Below are positions 1 to 14,300 of a DNA stretch of 64,000 nucleotides, one piece after another. Location: NCBI GenBank assembly GCA_032718475.1, contig JAUCBJ010006766.1, forward strand, positions 1 to 64,000, written 5' to 3'. The stretch's first letter is position 1. Every line of letters begins with the position of its first letter. This DNA is from Nemertoderma westbladi. Taxonomy: Eukaryota; Animalia; Xenacoelomorpha. The notes beneath the pieces were generated by a model that saw only the letters and a list, made by a program, of their open reading frames with translations, made no database searches and was not told the origin of the DNA. A program made the position numbers and the translations under genes.

Positions 1-1593
1 GCGGGAAATTTAAACATCAATTTTGAAGATTGGCTGGCTGTAACAGTGTACCGGTAATCAATAAATTAATTTGTAATTCAGCATGTCCTTCTATCAGTAC
101 TGCAGTATACCTGTTGTGTACAGTTCTTTGAGTAATCTGGTATCGGTACAGCAATAGCAACCTGGCAGTACAACAATAAAATTCCATTAACAATTTAAAA
201 AATAAAAACGCATTGCTGCATTGTCAGATTGTCTCCAGTCTCGCTCTCAGTAAAGTTATAGGCCTACATAGTGCAGGTAGGCCTAATTATTACGTTTTAT
301 ATTTGTTTTAGGTTAGCAGTTAGCGTAGTGTAATTGCCGAATGAACCTAAAGGACCCTCTTGGAAATAAGCTGCAAATCTTAAGGGGTAGGCCCTAATCA
401 TGTATGTTAAGGCTGTAAGGCAGTAAGGGCTGAAGGGAAGCAGGAAGGGTACCGCGTACCGGTACTGCCGGTATGTCAGTATGTTGGACAATACCCGGTA
501 CTGCAATACCCTGATACCGCTAGGCCCCTATCAGTTATCAGTACACAGTATATACTGATATAGTACCTGTATAGGCATACATATATCAGTCTGTCAGTAT
601 GTTTGGTGTACGCCTGCCGCCGCTACCGCCTACCGGTATTTATCATTTGTTTTTGCATAATGTATAAAATTAATAAATCTAGATTACTACCGGTACCGGT
701 ACCGGTACAATTCAGCAGTTATTTCAGAATTACTGGTACAAGTCAACTGGTCAACAAGTCTGCAAGTGGCAAGTACCGGTAGGCCTATGAAATGGTGAAG
801 CTGATTTGGCAGTTTGGTCTATCTCTGCAATTACCTACAACTGTACAATCTACATACCAGCATACTGACATACAGGTACAGGTAGTTCTGTGTTAGTTCA
901 GTAGCTAGGCTAGATAGATTTACTTATAGGCTACATTATCCAAAAACAATAACAATAAGCAGATAGGGCCTACACGCGCCTACGCCTACTGCCTGACTGC
1001 CTACTTACGGTTAGGGGTACATTCAGGCAGTTAGTTAGTGGTTACATCTATTTCTGTCTATCAGACAGATCTGTCTATCTGTTATACTGTTATATGGGTC
1101 TATCACTATCACCTGATCACTATGCAGCTATATCAGTACATGTACATGCCAGTTTTAATTATGGATTGGGGGTTGGGGTTGGGTCTGACCAATTAACATA
1201 CTAACCCTCACAGCCTCATCAAAAAACTAAACCTAAAAATCATATTAGCAGATTGAGATTAGCAGTGCTGTAGTGTCAGAGTGTGTCTGTGTATTGTAAA
1301 ACTATACTGCTATAGCTATAGTTAGCATCAAGCTGGTAAAAAAATTAAAACTGGTAGCGTGGTAGGTTTACCTGCTTACGGTTAGTCAGTCAGTGACTAG
1401 TGTTATGTCTAGGTTAAGTTAGTTGTGTGAATGTGTGTGTAGGTGTAGAAGTGTAGGTAGGCCTAGTGATTAACTGCCATGTATCTGATTTTCTCTGCAA
1501 ATTAGATTTCTAAGCATATTGAACCAATATTTAACTATATATTCAACTATATACGAATATTCAACGAATATTCAACTATACCAATACTTTATA

Positions 1594-4500
1594 ATGGATG
1601 AAGACGATTTACACAAACCCGTGAAGGACTTAACAGATAAATGGAAGCTCGTCCCTTCTTTCCTAAAAGTTCGAGGATTATTCAGACAGCACATCGACTC
1701 GTTCAACTACTTCATAAACACTGGAATCAAGGATATCTTGAAGGCCAATGAACTCATTACAAGCGACGCAGACAAACACTTCTACCTGAAGTATCTCGAT
1801 ATCCATGTGGGAAGTCCTGACATAGAAGAAAGTTTCCATGTCTCCAAATCGATTTCACCACACGAATGTCGTTTGCGAGATATTTCCTACACGGCTCCAA
1901 TAACTGTGGATGTCGAATACACGAGGGACAAACAACGAGTTACCCGCACTGACATACCCATAGGCCGAATGCCAATTATGCTTCGCTCCTCAAAGTGTGT
2001 GTTAACAGGAAAAAATCACGGAGATTTGGCCAAACTCCAAGAATGTCCCCACGATCCAGGCGGTTATTTCATCGTGAAAGGGACTGAAAAGGTGATTCTC
2101 ATACAGGAGCAATTGGCAAAGAATCGAATGTTCGTCGATTTGGATAAAAGAAAGAACATTTGCTGTTCTGTTACGAGTTCTACTCATGAGAGAAAAACAC
2201 GAACAGATGTTATTCAACACCGGGAGAAATTTTATCTCCATCACAACATTTTTACCGAGGATATTCCAATAGTAGCGGTATTTAAGGCTATGGGGGTCTG
2301 GAGCGATCTTGAGTTTGTACAGCTGGTTGGTGTGGAAGAAGATATTGGAGTGGCTTTGGAGCCTTCTTTAGAGGAAGCGCATTGTCTCAAGATATTTACT
2401 GAAGGGCAAGCATTGGCTTACATTGGATCTAAACTGAAAGCTCAGAAATGGGGTCGCAACACTAAGAATAAATCAGAGTTGGCCAGGGAACACCTCCTGG
2501 GCACTGTATTAGCGCACATTCCTGTGGAGAACTTTGACCTGCGATTGAAATACATTTACTTAGCGGAGATGGTTCGTAGAGTAATACTGGCGCAACAGGG
2601 ACGTGGTAAAGTGGATGACAGAGATTACTATGGAAATAAACGCTTGGAACTCGCAGGCCAGATGGTATCGCTTCTCTTTGAAGACCTTTTCAAACGATTC
2701 AACAGCGAGCTCACCAAAATAGCCGATCAAACGATACCTAAACCCAGAGCGGCCCAATTCGATATAGTAAAACATTTCCGCCAGGACCAGATCACACATG
2801 GACTAGAGTTTGCGATATCCACTGGGAATTGGACACTGAAACGCTTCAAAATGGAACGTCTTGGCGTTACTCAGGTCCTCTCTCGTCTCAGCTACATCGC
2901 CTGTCTCGGAATGATGACTCGAATTACAAGTCAGTTTGAAAAAACTAGAAAAGTAAGTGGCCCGCGATCCCTGCAGGCTTCGCAGTGGGGGATGTTGTGT
3001 CCTTCGGATACCCCTGAGGGGGAAGCATGCGGTCTTGTAAAGAACCTCGCTCTTACAAGCCACGTCACTACAGATGTTTCCGAAAGTCCGCTACTTAGGC
3101 TGTTATTCAATCTGGGTATGGAGGATATTAAACTGGCTGGTGGGGAAGAGATTCATCACAAGAGCGTTTACACAGTGGTTCTCAACGGTGTGACACTGGG
3201 GATAACCATGTACTACGGGAAGTTGGTGGCCACATTCCGGTTGTTGAGGAGACGGGGATACATCGATAGATTCGTTTCGATATATCCCAACCACGAGTAC
3301 CGCTGTCTGCACATTGCCTCGGATGGGGGCCGACTATGTCGACCGTATATTATAACACGGGATGGACAACCCTTAGTCAAACAGACTCACATCGACCAAC
3401 TCATAGCCGGACAGCGGAACTTCCAGGACTTTATCCGGGATGGTCTCGTAGAATATCTCGACGTGAATGAAGAGAATGATAGTTACATAGCCATGTACGA
3501 GAAGGACATTGAGTCGACGACGACGCATCTAGAGATCGAACCCTTTACCATCCTTGGCATCTGCGCCGGTTTAATCCCCTACCCGCATCACAACCAATCT
3601 CCCCGGAACACCTACCAATGCGCCATGGGTAAACAGGCGATGGGTACCATCGGTTTCAACCAACGCTGTCGCATTGACACCCTTATGTACCTATACGCTT
3701 ACCCTCAAGCGCCGCTCGTTAAAACTAGAACGATAGAAATGATCCACTTCGATGAGATACCCGCGGGTTTCAACGCGATGGTCGCCGTTATGAGCTTCTC
3801 CGGGTACGATATCGAGGACGCCACGGTGCTGAACAAAGCCTCGGTTGACAGGGGCTACGGACGGTGTCTTGTGTATCGGAGTGAGAAGTCGCATCTACGG
3901 AACTACACAAATCAAACGTTCGATAGAGTCCTGGGACCAATGCTGGACGCGCAAACGCTAGAGCCGATATGGCGACACGAGATTCTCGGGAAGGATGGTC
4001 TTTGCGAACCCGGGGAGATGGTTAAAGCCAAACAGGTTTTAGTGAATAAATCAGTGCCAACAGTGACCAATCTACTCACACCAGACACTACCACGGTGGC
4101 GGATGATACTCAAGGTAAACCCTGCGAGTACAAAGACACCCCGGTGAGTTACAAGGGGCCGGGAGAGTCCTACGTTGAGAAAGTTATGTTGACTAGTAAC
4201 AACGATGTTAATTATCTTATAAAGATTCTATTGAGGCAGACACGGCGGCCGGAACTCGGGGACAAATTCAGTTCGCGGCACGGCCAGAAGGGGGTGGTCG
4301 GACTGATTGTGGATCAGGTGGACTTGCCGTTTGACGAGCGGGGTATGTGCCCCGACATGGTGATGAACCCGCATGGTTTCCCGAGTAGGATGACGGTGGG
4401 CAAATTGATGGAGTTACTGGGGAGCAAAGCGGGCGCGTGCGAAGGGGAGTTCCACTACGGGACTGCGTTCGGCGGGGACCGAGTTGGCGACCTGAGTCGA

Positions 4501-4983
4501 GTGCTCATCGACGCGGGGTTTAATTACGAGGGTAAGGATTTACTGACGTCGGGAATCACGGGGGAGCATCTCGAGGCTTACATATATTTCGGACCAGTTT
4601 ATTACCAGAAACTAAAACATATGGTGGAAGATAAAATGCACGCGAGGGCTCGCGGTCCTAGACAACTGCTGACCAGACAGCCCACCGAGGGGCGGTCCCG
4701 GGAGGGGGGTCTCCGATTGGGCGAGATGGAACGCGACTGCTTGGCTGGTTACGGCGCCAGTATGCTGATGTTGGAGCGATTGATGATCTCGAGCGACCAG
4801 TTCGGAGTGGATGTTTGTAGCGAGTGCGGCTTAATCGGTTACTCGGGTTGGTGCCAATACTGTCGGAGTTCAGGTAATCTGTGTTCCTTGAATATCCCGT
4901 ACGCGTGTAAGTTACTCTTTCAGGAACTAATGGCTATGAACATTATACCTCGTCTTGGACTGCAGAAATATACTGAGGTATGA
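1594..4983 (+). CDS. POLR3B: DNA-directed RNA polymerase III second-largest subunit (RPC2), single coding exon, ~1129 aa
   Basis: Uninterrupted ORF with Rpb2-family motifs ([93 protein letters not shown]-terminal Zn ribbon) and RPC2-type [14 protein letters not shown]. First ATG is at 1594; the ORF-track start at 1519 is a TTG. Confidence 0.96.
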   Translation: MDEDDLHKPVKDLTDKWKLVPSFLKVRGLFRQHIDSFNYFINTGIKDILKANELITSDADKHFYLKYLDIHVGSPDIEESFHVSKSISPHECRLRDISYTAPITVDVEYTRDKQRVTRTDIPIGRMPIMLRSSKCVLTGKNHGDLAKLQECPHDPGGYFIVKGTEKVILIQEQLAKNRMFVDLDKRKNICCSVTSSTHERKTRTDVIQHREKFYLHHNIFTEDIPIVAVFKAMGVWSDLEFVQLVGVEEDIGVALEPSLEEAHCLKIFTEGQALAYIGSKLKAQKWGRNTKNKSELAREHLLGTVLAHIPVENFDLRLKYIYLAEMVRRVILAQQGRGKVDDRDYYGNKRLELAGQMVSLLFEDLFKRFNSELTKIADQTIPKPRAAQFDIVKHFRQDQITHGLEFAISTGNWTLKRFKMERLGVTQVLSRLSYIACLGMMTRITSQFEKTRKVSGPRSLQASQWGMLCPSDTPEGEACGLVKNLALTSHVTTDVSESPLLRLLFNLGMEDIKLAGGEEIHHKSVYTVVLNGVTLGITMYYGKLVATFRLLRRRGYIDRFVSIYPNHEYRCLHIASDGGRLCRPYIITRDGQPLVKQTHIDQLIAGQRNFQDFIRDGLVEYLDVNEENDSYIAMYEKDIESTTTHLEIEPFTILGICAGLIPYPHHNQSPRNTYQCAMGKQAMGTIGFNQRCRIDTLMYLYAYPQAPLVKTRTIEMIHFDEIPAGFNAMVAVMSFSGYDIEDATVLNKASVDRGYGRCLVYRSEKSHLRNYTNQTFDRVLGPMLDAQTLEPIWRHEILGKDGLCEPGEMVKAKQVLVNKSVPTVTNLLTPDTTTVADDTQGKPCEYKDTPVSYKGPGESYVEKVMLTSNNDVNYLIKILLRQTRRPELGDKFSSRHGQKGVVGLIVDQVDLPFDERGMCPDMVMNPHGFPSRMTVGKLMELLGSKAGACEGEFHYGTAFGGDRVGDLSRVLIDAGFNYEGKDLLTSGITGEHLEAYIYFGPVYYQKLKHMVEDKMHARARGPRQLLTRQPTEGRSREGGLRLGEMERDCLAGYGASMLMLERLMISSDQFGVDVCSECGLIGYSGWCQYCRSSGNLCSLNIPYACKLLFQELMAMNIIPRLGLQKYTEV

Positions 4984-5037
4984 CGAATTATACCAATGTT
5001 CCTTTTAATTACTCATTGGTATCTTAATGGCAGTATT

Positions 5038-5043
5038 AATAAA
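5038..5043 (+). promoter_or_regulatory. Probable polyadenylation signal of POLR3B
   Basis: AATAAA ~55 nt after the stop codon, followed by T-rich sequence. Confidence 0.5.
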
Positions 5044-5270
5044 GAAAGTAGAATAATGTTCACCTATATATAACAATATTGTTATTTTTTTATGTGACAA
5101 ACGCCGATAATATATCAACTAATAAGCGATTACTATATTTTTATTATACGTACTAACAATTTCTTAACATTCCCTTCTAGTATAAACATAATATCAACTT
5201 ATGGATCAATTATCTTTCACAGCTATATATGATTGGGTTGCGATGAGGTTTTATTGTAAAACTTCCATTG

Positions 5271-5327
5271 TTAAATTGCTTGGACGGGACGTGGATGCTG
5301 CTGGTTGCTATGGTAGCCCAATAGTAA
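5271..5327 (-). CDS. Putative terminal exon ([18 protein letters not shown])
   Basis: Acceptor ccctaaatttAG, 69-nt intron after exon D, phase 0 match, TAA stop, AATAAA (5250-5255 on -) just downstream. Confidence 0.55.
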   Translation of the reverse strand, partial: LLLGYHSNQQHPRPVQAI

Positions 5328-8300
5328 CTAAATTTAGGGAATTAATTACATTAATAATTGCATTGCACCATTTATGCTGCGTAATAATTAACTTACCGAA
5401 TAGATTCCGCCCAAATCCAGTCCTGCTAGAATATGTCCAACTCTCTTGTTTGTTCTTGTGAGTGATCTATCGTCCGGGGACCATCCAAGTGAATTATCCA
5501 TATCTATCTTCGGATCTGTGTAATCCTGAGCGTTTAGTAAACATCCTGATAGACAAATTACAGAATACTATAGTAGTAATAACATAACAATAGTAACAGA
5601 TATTAAATATATACATATAAAGCAATTTATAGGAAAATTGTATTCCGTTAAATTATTCTAGAACATCACTACTTCTATCCTTTTTCTCCCCTATACTCTA
5701 CTTTTTGTTTGGCTTTGATTATATCAATTTCTTCAGAATTTTCAGCAATAAATATATGTTCCATATTACACATTTTTTGTCATCTATATGGAGACACACA
5801 GTTACTCACAAAAAAACCTTTTTTGGTACTTTTGTCACAAATATTTTACTAAGCCACTCCACTGGATTTGAAGAGACGCTGTATCGAAACTTTAAAAAAT
5901 ATCCTTTTTGGGGTGTGTTTCTTTTGTGGCATCATCGTCATCGAGTTAGACCGTAATTAATATCTATGTATTTATTACGCGGAAATAAAATATCGCTTTT
6001 TTCCCCGCTGACCCAGATATGTATCATTTGCCGAGTGAGTGTCAGCGAGCGTTGTTCATGTAATACCAGTAAGTAATTTTATTCTTAAAAATGCCTCTCC
6101 ACCTCCCAATGTCACTGAACATCGGTGCAATACTATATCATAGTCTAGCGGCTTTACAAATTGACTTAGCCGCCGTTGTTTGGGTTTCGGGCTGTATCTA
6201 GGGTGTTCCGAGTCCCATAGTGCGGCTCCCCCACTATATTCTCACATCACCTACAAAATTCAGACTAACCTGCTTTGCAACCGATGAACTTAATGTGAAG
6301 TCTTTGACCAGCAACGGGATTAAGAATCTTGACTTTAATCCATTGGACTGAGACCCAGACAGGTAAAGGTTGTTGAACTCTGACTGAACCTTCATCATTG
6401 CGACCGCCATTAAATAGCTATAAATTAATTGTTAAAATATAGAAAACAGCTTTATATCTATTATTTTGGGATGGACATTTATTGAAAGAACAATAAATTA
6501 ATAGATCAACCTGTCCCCAGGAGCCGTTACATTGATATTATTTTATTTATAGAATTATCCACTTAAGGTGGTGGGGTGGTTAACCCCCCCCCCCCCCCCC
6601 CCCACGGTTTTTTCTTAATTTGTATATAATAACTCCAATGTGGTTGAAAGGTGCATAGAAAAAGATATACCATCGACAAATATCATCATCAAAGGTAAAT
6701 AATAATTTGAAATTGCTTATGAAATTACCTTTCATAATGCAAAACTTGCATAAAATTGTTAAGAAATGGCGGAGGAGTAGTATTTTCTCGTGTGAAAATG
6801 TCATTCAGAGATAATTGCCTTCAAAGTTCAAACCTTCCTGCGCAAAATTACCTGTTTGGTTAATTGTGTCTGACAGAAAAGAAGCACACAACCGAGCTAA
6901 AATCATATTTATGGAGGTTTTTTGGTTGTCTGTCTATCTGTGTTACATTTTAACATACAGATTGGCAGACAGATATTCAACGATAACTAAAAGATATCGC
7001 TCTCAGCGGTTTTCGGATTTTAAACCCCATTAAATTCTGCTCTAGGTGCAAGAAAAAAACAAATTTATGAAATTTTTCAGTTGCCCCACCCTTATGACGA
7101 TTTCATTGTAGCATCCCAAATTATGTTGTTGTGTAGTAAAATAAACAAACTCACATGAGACTCTCCCACCAGATCTTCATATGGCGTCGAAATAACTGGA
7201 GCGAAATCAACTTCGTTATTTTGCCCGATTTCCAGATACGCATCCATTTGTCGTAAAGCGAACATGACTCTGAATTCAACTTGATCTGATGTCTCATCTG
7301 GGTTCAAGATTTCTGTTTCAACTCCAATAACTGTGTAGACCTGTAAGGATAACCGTGTATAACTGTGTACACCGTAAGGTATAACCGAACCGTGTACTGT
7401 GCGATAAGTCTAATGAAACATTTTCATATCTCCATAATAAAATAAAAATGAACTATGCTATAAATAAAGGAACACCTCATTGTATATCATATGATTCATT
7501 GCGGACGCTACATACACAAAATAGAACACATTTAGACACATTTGATGATATTGTATCATCATCCCCAAACGTAAATGTACCTAAACGTAACAAGAAACTT
7601 ACCTCTTCATCGTCTCCATTAGTACCCAACTCGAAAGTAATATGACTTTGTCCAACGGTGTCTCCTATTACCCAGCCTCCTGAATCGAAGTCAGCCCCGT
7701 CTGTGTCTCCAGGACCGAGATACCTAAGATAATAATTAAATTTATTGATATTACCGGTATCACTTTATAGAGACGTCTACACGAATGTAATCGCCAATAA
7801 CGGTCTATCATTGTTCCAGGTCGAGCCACGTTTATTATGACTCACTGCTGTTAGGCAATCAATCAATTCATTCAATGATTGACTACAGTCAATCCTATAC
7901 TAGAATAATAATTAGTTGATACTTGATAGCCAGCAGCACCATAAGTTAACATATCGGAACTACTCACCTAACAACTGGAATATCAACAGGATCCCCCGAT
8001 GGACAACCGGTTAACATATCGCGCTACTCACCTAACAACTGGAATATCAACAGGATCCCCTGATGGACAACAGGTTAACATATCACGCTACTCACCTAAC
8101 AACTGGAATATCAACAGGATCCCCTGATGGACAACAGGTTAACATATCGCGCTACTCACCTAACAACTGGAATATCAACAGGATCCCCCGATGGACAACC
8201 GGTTAACATATCGCGCTACTCACCTAACAACTGGAATATCAACAGGATCCCCTGATGGACAACATGTTAACATATCGGAACTACTCACCTAACAACTGGA

Positions 8301-11300
8301 ATATCAACAGGATCCCCTGCTGGACAACAGGTTAACATATCACGCTACTCACCTAACAACTGGAATATCAACAGGATCCCCTGATGGACAACATGTTAAC
8401 ATATCGCGCTACTCACCTAACAACTGGAATATCAACAGGATCCCCTGCTGGACAACATGTTAACATATCGCGCTACTCACCTAACAACTGGAATATCAAC
8501 AGGATCCCCTGATGGACAACAGGTTAACATATCGCGCTACTCACCGAACAACTGGAATATCAACAGGATCCCCTGCTGGACAACAGGTTAACATATCGGA
8601 ACTACTCCCCTAACAACTGGAATATCAACAGGATCCCCTGATGGACAACATGTTAACATATCGGAACTACTCCCATAACAACTGGAATATCAACAGGATC
8701 CCCTGATGGACAACATGTTAACATATCGCGCTACTCACCGAACAACTGGAATATCAACAGGATCCCCTGATGGACAACCGGTTAACATATCGGAACTACT
8801 CACCTAACAACTGGAATATCAACAGGATCCCCTGCTGGACAACAGGTTAACATATCGGAACTACTCCCCTAACAACTGGAATATCAACAGGATCCCCTGA
8901 TGGACAACCGGTTAACATATCGGAACTACTCACCTAACAACTGGAATATCAACAGGATCCCCTGATGGACAACATGTTAACATATCGGAACTACTCACCT
9001 AACAACTGGAATATCAACAGGATCCCCTGGTGGACAACAGGTTAACATATCGCGCTACTCACCGAACAACTGGAATATCAACAGGATCCCCTGCTGGACA
9101 ACAGGTTAACATATCGGAACTACTCCCCTAACAACTGGAATATCAACAGGATCCCCTGATGGACAACATGTTAACATATCGGAACTACTCACCTAACAAC
9201 TGGAATATCAACAGGATCCCCTGATCGACAACAGGTTAACATATCGGAACTACTCCCCTAACAACTGGAATATCAACAGGATCCCCTGATGGACAACATG
9301 TTAACATATCGGAACTACTCACCTAACAACTGGAATATCAACAGGATCCCCTGGTGGACAACAGGTTAACATATCGCGCTACTCACCTAACAACTGGAAT
9401 ATCAACAGGATCCCCTGATGGACAACAGGTTAACATATCGCGCTACTCACCTAACAACTGGAATATCAACAGGATCCCCTGGTGGACAACAGGTTAACAT
9501 ATCGCGCTACTCACCGAACAACTGGAATATCAACAGGATCCCCTGATGGACAACCGGTTAACATATCGGAACTACTCACCTAACAACTGGAATATCAACA
9601 GGATCCCCTGCTGGACAACAGGTTAACATATCGGAACTACTCCCCTAACAACTGGAATATCAACAGGATCCCCCGATGGACAACCGGTTAACATATCGGA
9701 ACTACTCACCTAACAACTGGAATATCAACAGGATCCCCTGATGGACAACATGTTAACATATCGGAACTACTCACCTAACAACTGGAATATCAACAGGATC
9801 CCCTGGTGGACAACAGGTTAACATATCGCGCTACTCACCGAACAACTGGAATATCAACAGGATCCCCTGCTGGACAACAGGTTAACATATCGGAACTACT
9901 CCCCTAACAACTGGAATATCAACAGGATCCCCTGATGGACAACATGTTAACATATCGGAACTACTCACCTAACAACTGGAATATCAACAGGATCCCCTGA
10001 TCGACAACAGATTAACATATCGGAACTACTCCCCTTAACAACTGGAATATTAACAGGATCCCCAGATGGACAACAGGTTAACATATCGCGCTACTCACCG
10101 AACAACTGGAATATCAACAGGATCCCCAGATGGACAACATGTGAACATATCGCGCTACTCACCGAACAACTGGAATATCAACAGGATCCCCAGATGGACA
10201 ACATGTTAACATATCGCGCTACTCACCGAACAACTGGAATATCAACAGGATCCCCAGATGGACAACATGTTAACATATCGCGCTACTCAACGAACAACTG
10301 GAATATCAACAGGATCCCCAGATGGACAACAGGTTAACATATCGCGCTACTCACCTAACACCTGGAAGAATATCAACAGGACCCCGTGATGGACAACAGG
10401 TTAACATATCGCGCTACTCACCGAACAACTGGAATATCAACAGGATCCCCAGATGGACCCTGGTGGACAACAGGTTAACATATCGCGCTACTCACCGAAC
10501 AACTGGAATATCAACAGGATCCCCTGCTGGACAACAGTTTAACATATCGGAACTACTCCCCTAACAACTGGAATATCAACAGGATCCCCTGATGGACAAC
10601 CGGTTAACATATCGGAACTACTCACCTAACAACTGGAATATCAACAGGATCCCCTGGTGGACAACAGGTTGACATATCGCGCTACTCACCGAACAACTGG
10701 AATATCAACAGGATCCCCTGCTGGACAACAGGTTAACATATCGGAACTACTCCCCTAACAACTGGAATATCAACAGGATCCCCTGATGGACAACATGTTA
10801 ACATATCGGAACTACTCACCTAACAACTGGAATATCAACAGGATCCCCTGGTGGACAACAGGTTAACATATCGCGCTACTCACCTAACAACTGGAATATC
10901 AACAGGATCCCCTGATGGACAACAGGTTAACATATCGCGCTACTCACCGAACAACTGGAATATCAACAGGATCCCCAGATGGACAACATGTTAACATATC
11001 GCGCTACTCACCGAACAACTGGAATATCAACAGGATCCCCAGATGGACAACATGTTAACATATCGCGCTACTCACCGAACAACTGGAATATCAACAGGAT
11101 CCCCTGCTGGACAACAGGTTAACATATCGGAACTACTCCCCTAACAACTGGAATATCAACAGGATCCCCTGATGGACAACATGTTAACATATCGCGCTAC
11201 TCACCTAACAACTGGAATATCAACAGGATCCCCTGATGGACAACAGGTTACCATATCACGATACTCACCTAACAACTGGAATATCAACATGATCCCCTGA

Positions 11301-14300
11301 TGGACAACAGGTTAACATATCGCGCTACTCACCTAACAACTGGAATATCAACAGGATCCCCTGATGGACAACAGGTTAACATATCTCGACACGGTGGTTC
11401 AGGTGTGGTTACACGAGAGGTGGTTACAACAGTGGGAGCAGGAGTTGTTGGTGGAATTGTTACATCTAAATAATAATCACCGATATTATAGTTATTCAAT
11501 ACCTTTCTTCATTTTTTGGTTTATTACAGCCTCTAGCTCAGATCAAAACAAATAATTTATATTCCTTATAACTTAGCGTTATAATATAAATATAAATTGC
11601 ATTGATTACAATTTTTTTATCCACAAAATAGAAGGTTGGTAAATAGTATGTTGTGTAAGTAACTTCACCGAAACTAATATCAAAATCTAGGTTTTGATTT
11701 TTTTTGTCCTAATGTCGCCGCCTGGCACCGAGTTGCAGACGACAGGGCCTCTAAAAGTGGTGGGAGGTTGGGAAGAGGTAAGTCTGAAATAAAGAGGGGT
11801 TGTAAAGTCACAACGGAAAGAACAACGAGTATTATGAGATTGTGTGAGAATGCGGATATTCTACATCAAATTGGAGATGGTAAGATCGTATAGTTTGTTA
11901 AGAAGTGAAATTTTGAATTCTTTGTAGAGTTGTAATCAGTTCGATTGATGGGAGAATGTAATGCAACGTATCAGTTTATTAATTTTAATGCGTACAGGTT
12001 TGAGTATAGATTTATCGAACTGTGTTGACTGTTATTTGTATAGAGGAGTTATTAATTGTTATGATTGTGGGTAAACTGTTGTCGTTACTTATGATAAGCT
12101 TAGTAATTTTGTAGTTTATTTTTCAATTAGCCAGCTGTTTAGTTTGGTAAGTTCATTGAGAAGATTTGGAAGTTCATTGAGTGGCATTGAGAAGGTCTGA
12201 ATAAAATGACGTGCGAATTGATTGTGTCATCGACAAATAGTTTGGTCAATTAAGTAAGTTAGTCTAGTCACGTTTGTGGGTCATTTATAAAAATGATAAA
12301 AAACGTAGGTGATTGGCAGAGCCTTTTTGGACCCCGCAGTATGGAAGTTGAAGTAGAGTCGAGAGAATGCTGTCGATCAAAACAGACTGGTTACGATTAT
12401 CTGATTAGCAAGAAAGTCAGAGAAGATATGTAATCGGGGCCTCTGACATACCCTAGGCTTCCTTAAAAGTAAACACAAGAGTCTTACACCCCTTAAACTA
12501 CAAAAAAATATAGAATCAGGACATTAAGCCCAAAATACTTTCCAGACCCTAAGGCCATCCGAGGACACCTGTTAGTCAGTATGTCGGTACATTCAATTAT
12601 CACCCTAGGCTTCCAGCTTCTGTGTGAGTATCTAGTGGTCCATTGTGCCCAAGGCTTTTTGAGATCAATATTATATACGGCACAAATTGGTGAGAGTCAA
12701 CCATGGTACATATTTTTTCTGTGATTGATTGACTGATTGATGCGCTTGTTGGCGCCATCATCCGGACCAGCCGGCATTTAATTAGACTTCACTTCAGTAA
12801 AAACCAAAAATTGCAGTCACACATCAACACATCAAAATTGCACTAATAGCACATCATACACGATATTAATAATGCATATCAAAACAGATGGGCAGTAATT
12901 GATTGTGATGGACAGTATTTGGAATTTAAGAATTTGATGTAGAGTTTTACTGAGAATAGGCAAGAAAGATGGGGCGGTAATTGTTGGGATCAGTTATTGT
13001 GACATCGGATTTGTAAATTGTAATAACTTTGGCTGTACATAATACATCAAACACTAATCCTATTAATTACTCAACAACATGATAAAATTGTTTATCATGC
13101 ATTGTCGCTTATTGTCGAATCTAAGGATTCGACAATCGTCGAATTAATATTATAAGATAATAATAAGTTAAATATTGTGGGGTGAGTGATGGTGAATTAA
13201 ATATAATGTAATAGGACTAAGACGATAATCATTTTATCTCTGTATATCATAAGTTTACCTGTATCGCATCCGAGCACATCAATATGGATTCTCGCTCCGT
13301 TCTTAACATCTGCGATATAAATAATAACTCCAGTGGCTAGAACTTCAACGTCACTGAAATCCTTGATGTCTTGTAACTGTTGGTTGAGTCCATCCCCGGT
13401 GTAATACTGAAATAAAGCATTTAATAATGTTTGGAGTTCGGATGGGCCAATCTTGTATAATAGCTATGTAATCTACTACTATAAATCGTCCCTTTCCATT
13501 TTCCATTACAAAAGCTACACGTGATGTAACTGAACTGAACTAACTTTTCGTCGAAGAAAAATTCCAGGGCAGTTTCATTGCACATTTTGAGACACAAAAA
13601 GTGGTGATTGTACAATTATGTTATTCCAATTACGCTGGACTTAGTAGACTCATTCGAACCGGTAGATTTAGTGTGTCGTGTGTTTACTGCATCAAAACAA
13701 CAGTAGTGATGGATTCTCGTGATATTCCACGGAATTGACGGGGTTGACTCAACTCAACAATATGACAATGTGAAATAAACACATCACAAATATAATAATT
13801 GAATTTTCTCACAGATTAACCATTCGGCGGCGCTTTATTCTAACAATAATAATAATTGATGTGTAGTTTGTGTAGACACCATATGGAAGCAAAAGTATGA
13901 TGATATTTTATTGAGATTTTGCATAAAAAAGTTAGGCCAGGCCAATATAATATGCTACCCAAAGAAACTTTAGTCGGGGAGACCAACACAAACTCTAGAA
14001 TCAATCACTCGACTATTGCTTTGATGGTGTGCGACACCCACTAAATCGATCATAGCGGTTCGAATGAGTCGACATTTTAGTTCATACGTAAAATCAGTTT
14101 CCATGGGAATTTATAGTTTACAAAAATTCCATTAATGATGTTGTGGCATAAAAAATTGATTTATATTAACTAATTATATTCTAATAAATTAATATTAATG
14201 TTTCTAAGAGAACCTACCATGGGTGTTTTGGCGCCGTCTAATAAAATATCCCATGTATCTAATAGTTGGCCGTCGGTGTCGAATTGTTTAGTCTCTCCAT

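Noticed and set aside
1519-1593. N-terminal extension of POLR3B in the ORF track
   Set aside because: It begins at TTG in AT-rich, locally repetitive sequence; the ATG at 1594 gives the expected protein length.
2002-4094. Short - strand ORFs inside POLR3B and inside the CRE element
   Set aside because: They are antisense shadows of real coding sequence with no recognisable motifs.
7945-11386. 64-bp and 29-bp arrays as CRISPR arrays
   Set aside because: Units are head-to-tail with no unique spacers, there are no cas genes, and the context is eukaryotic.
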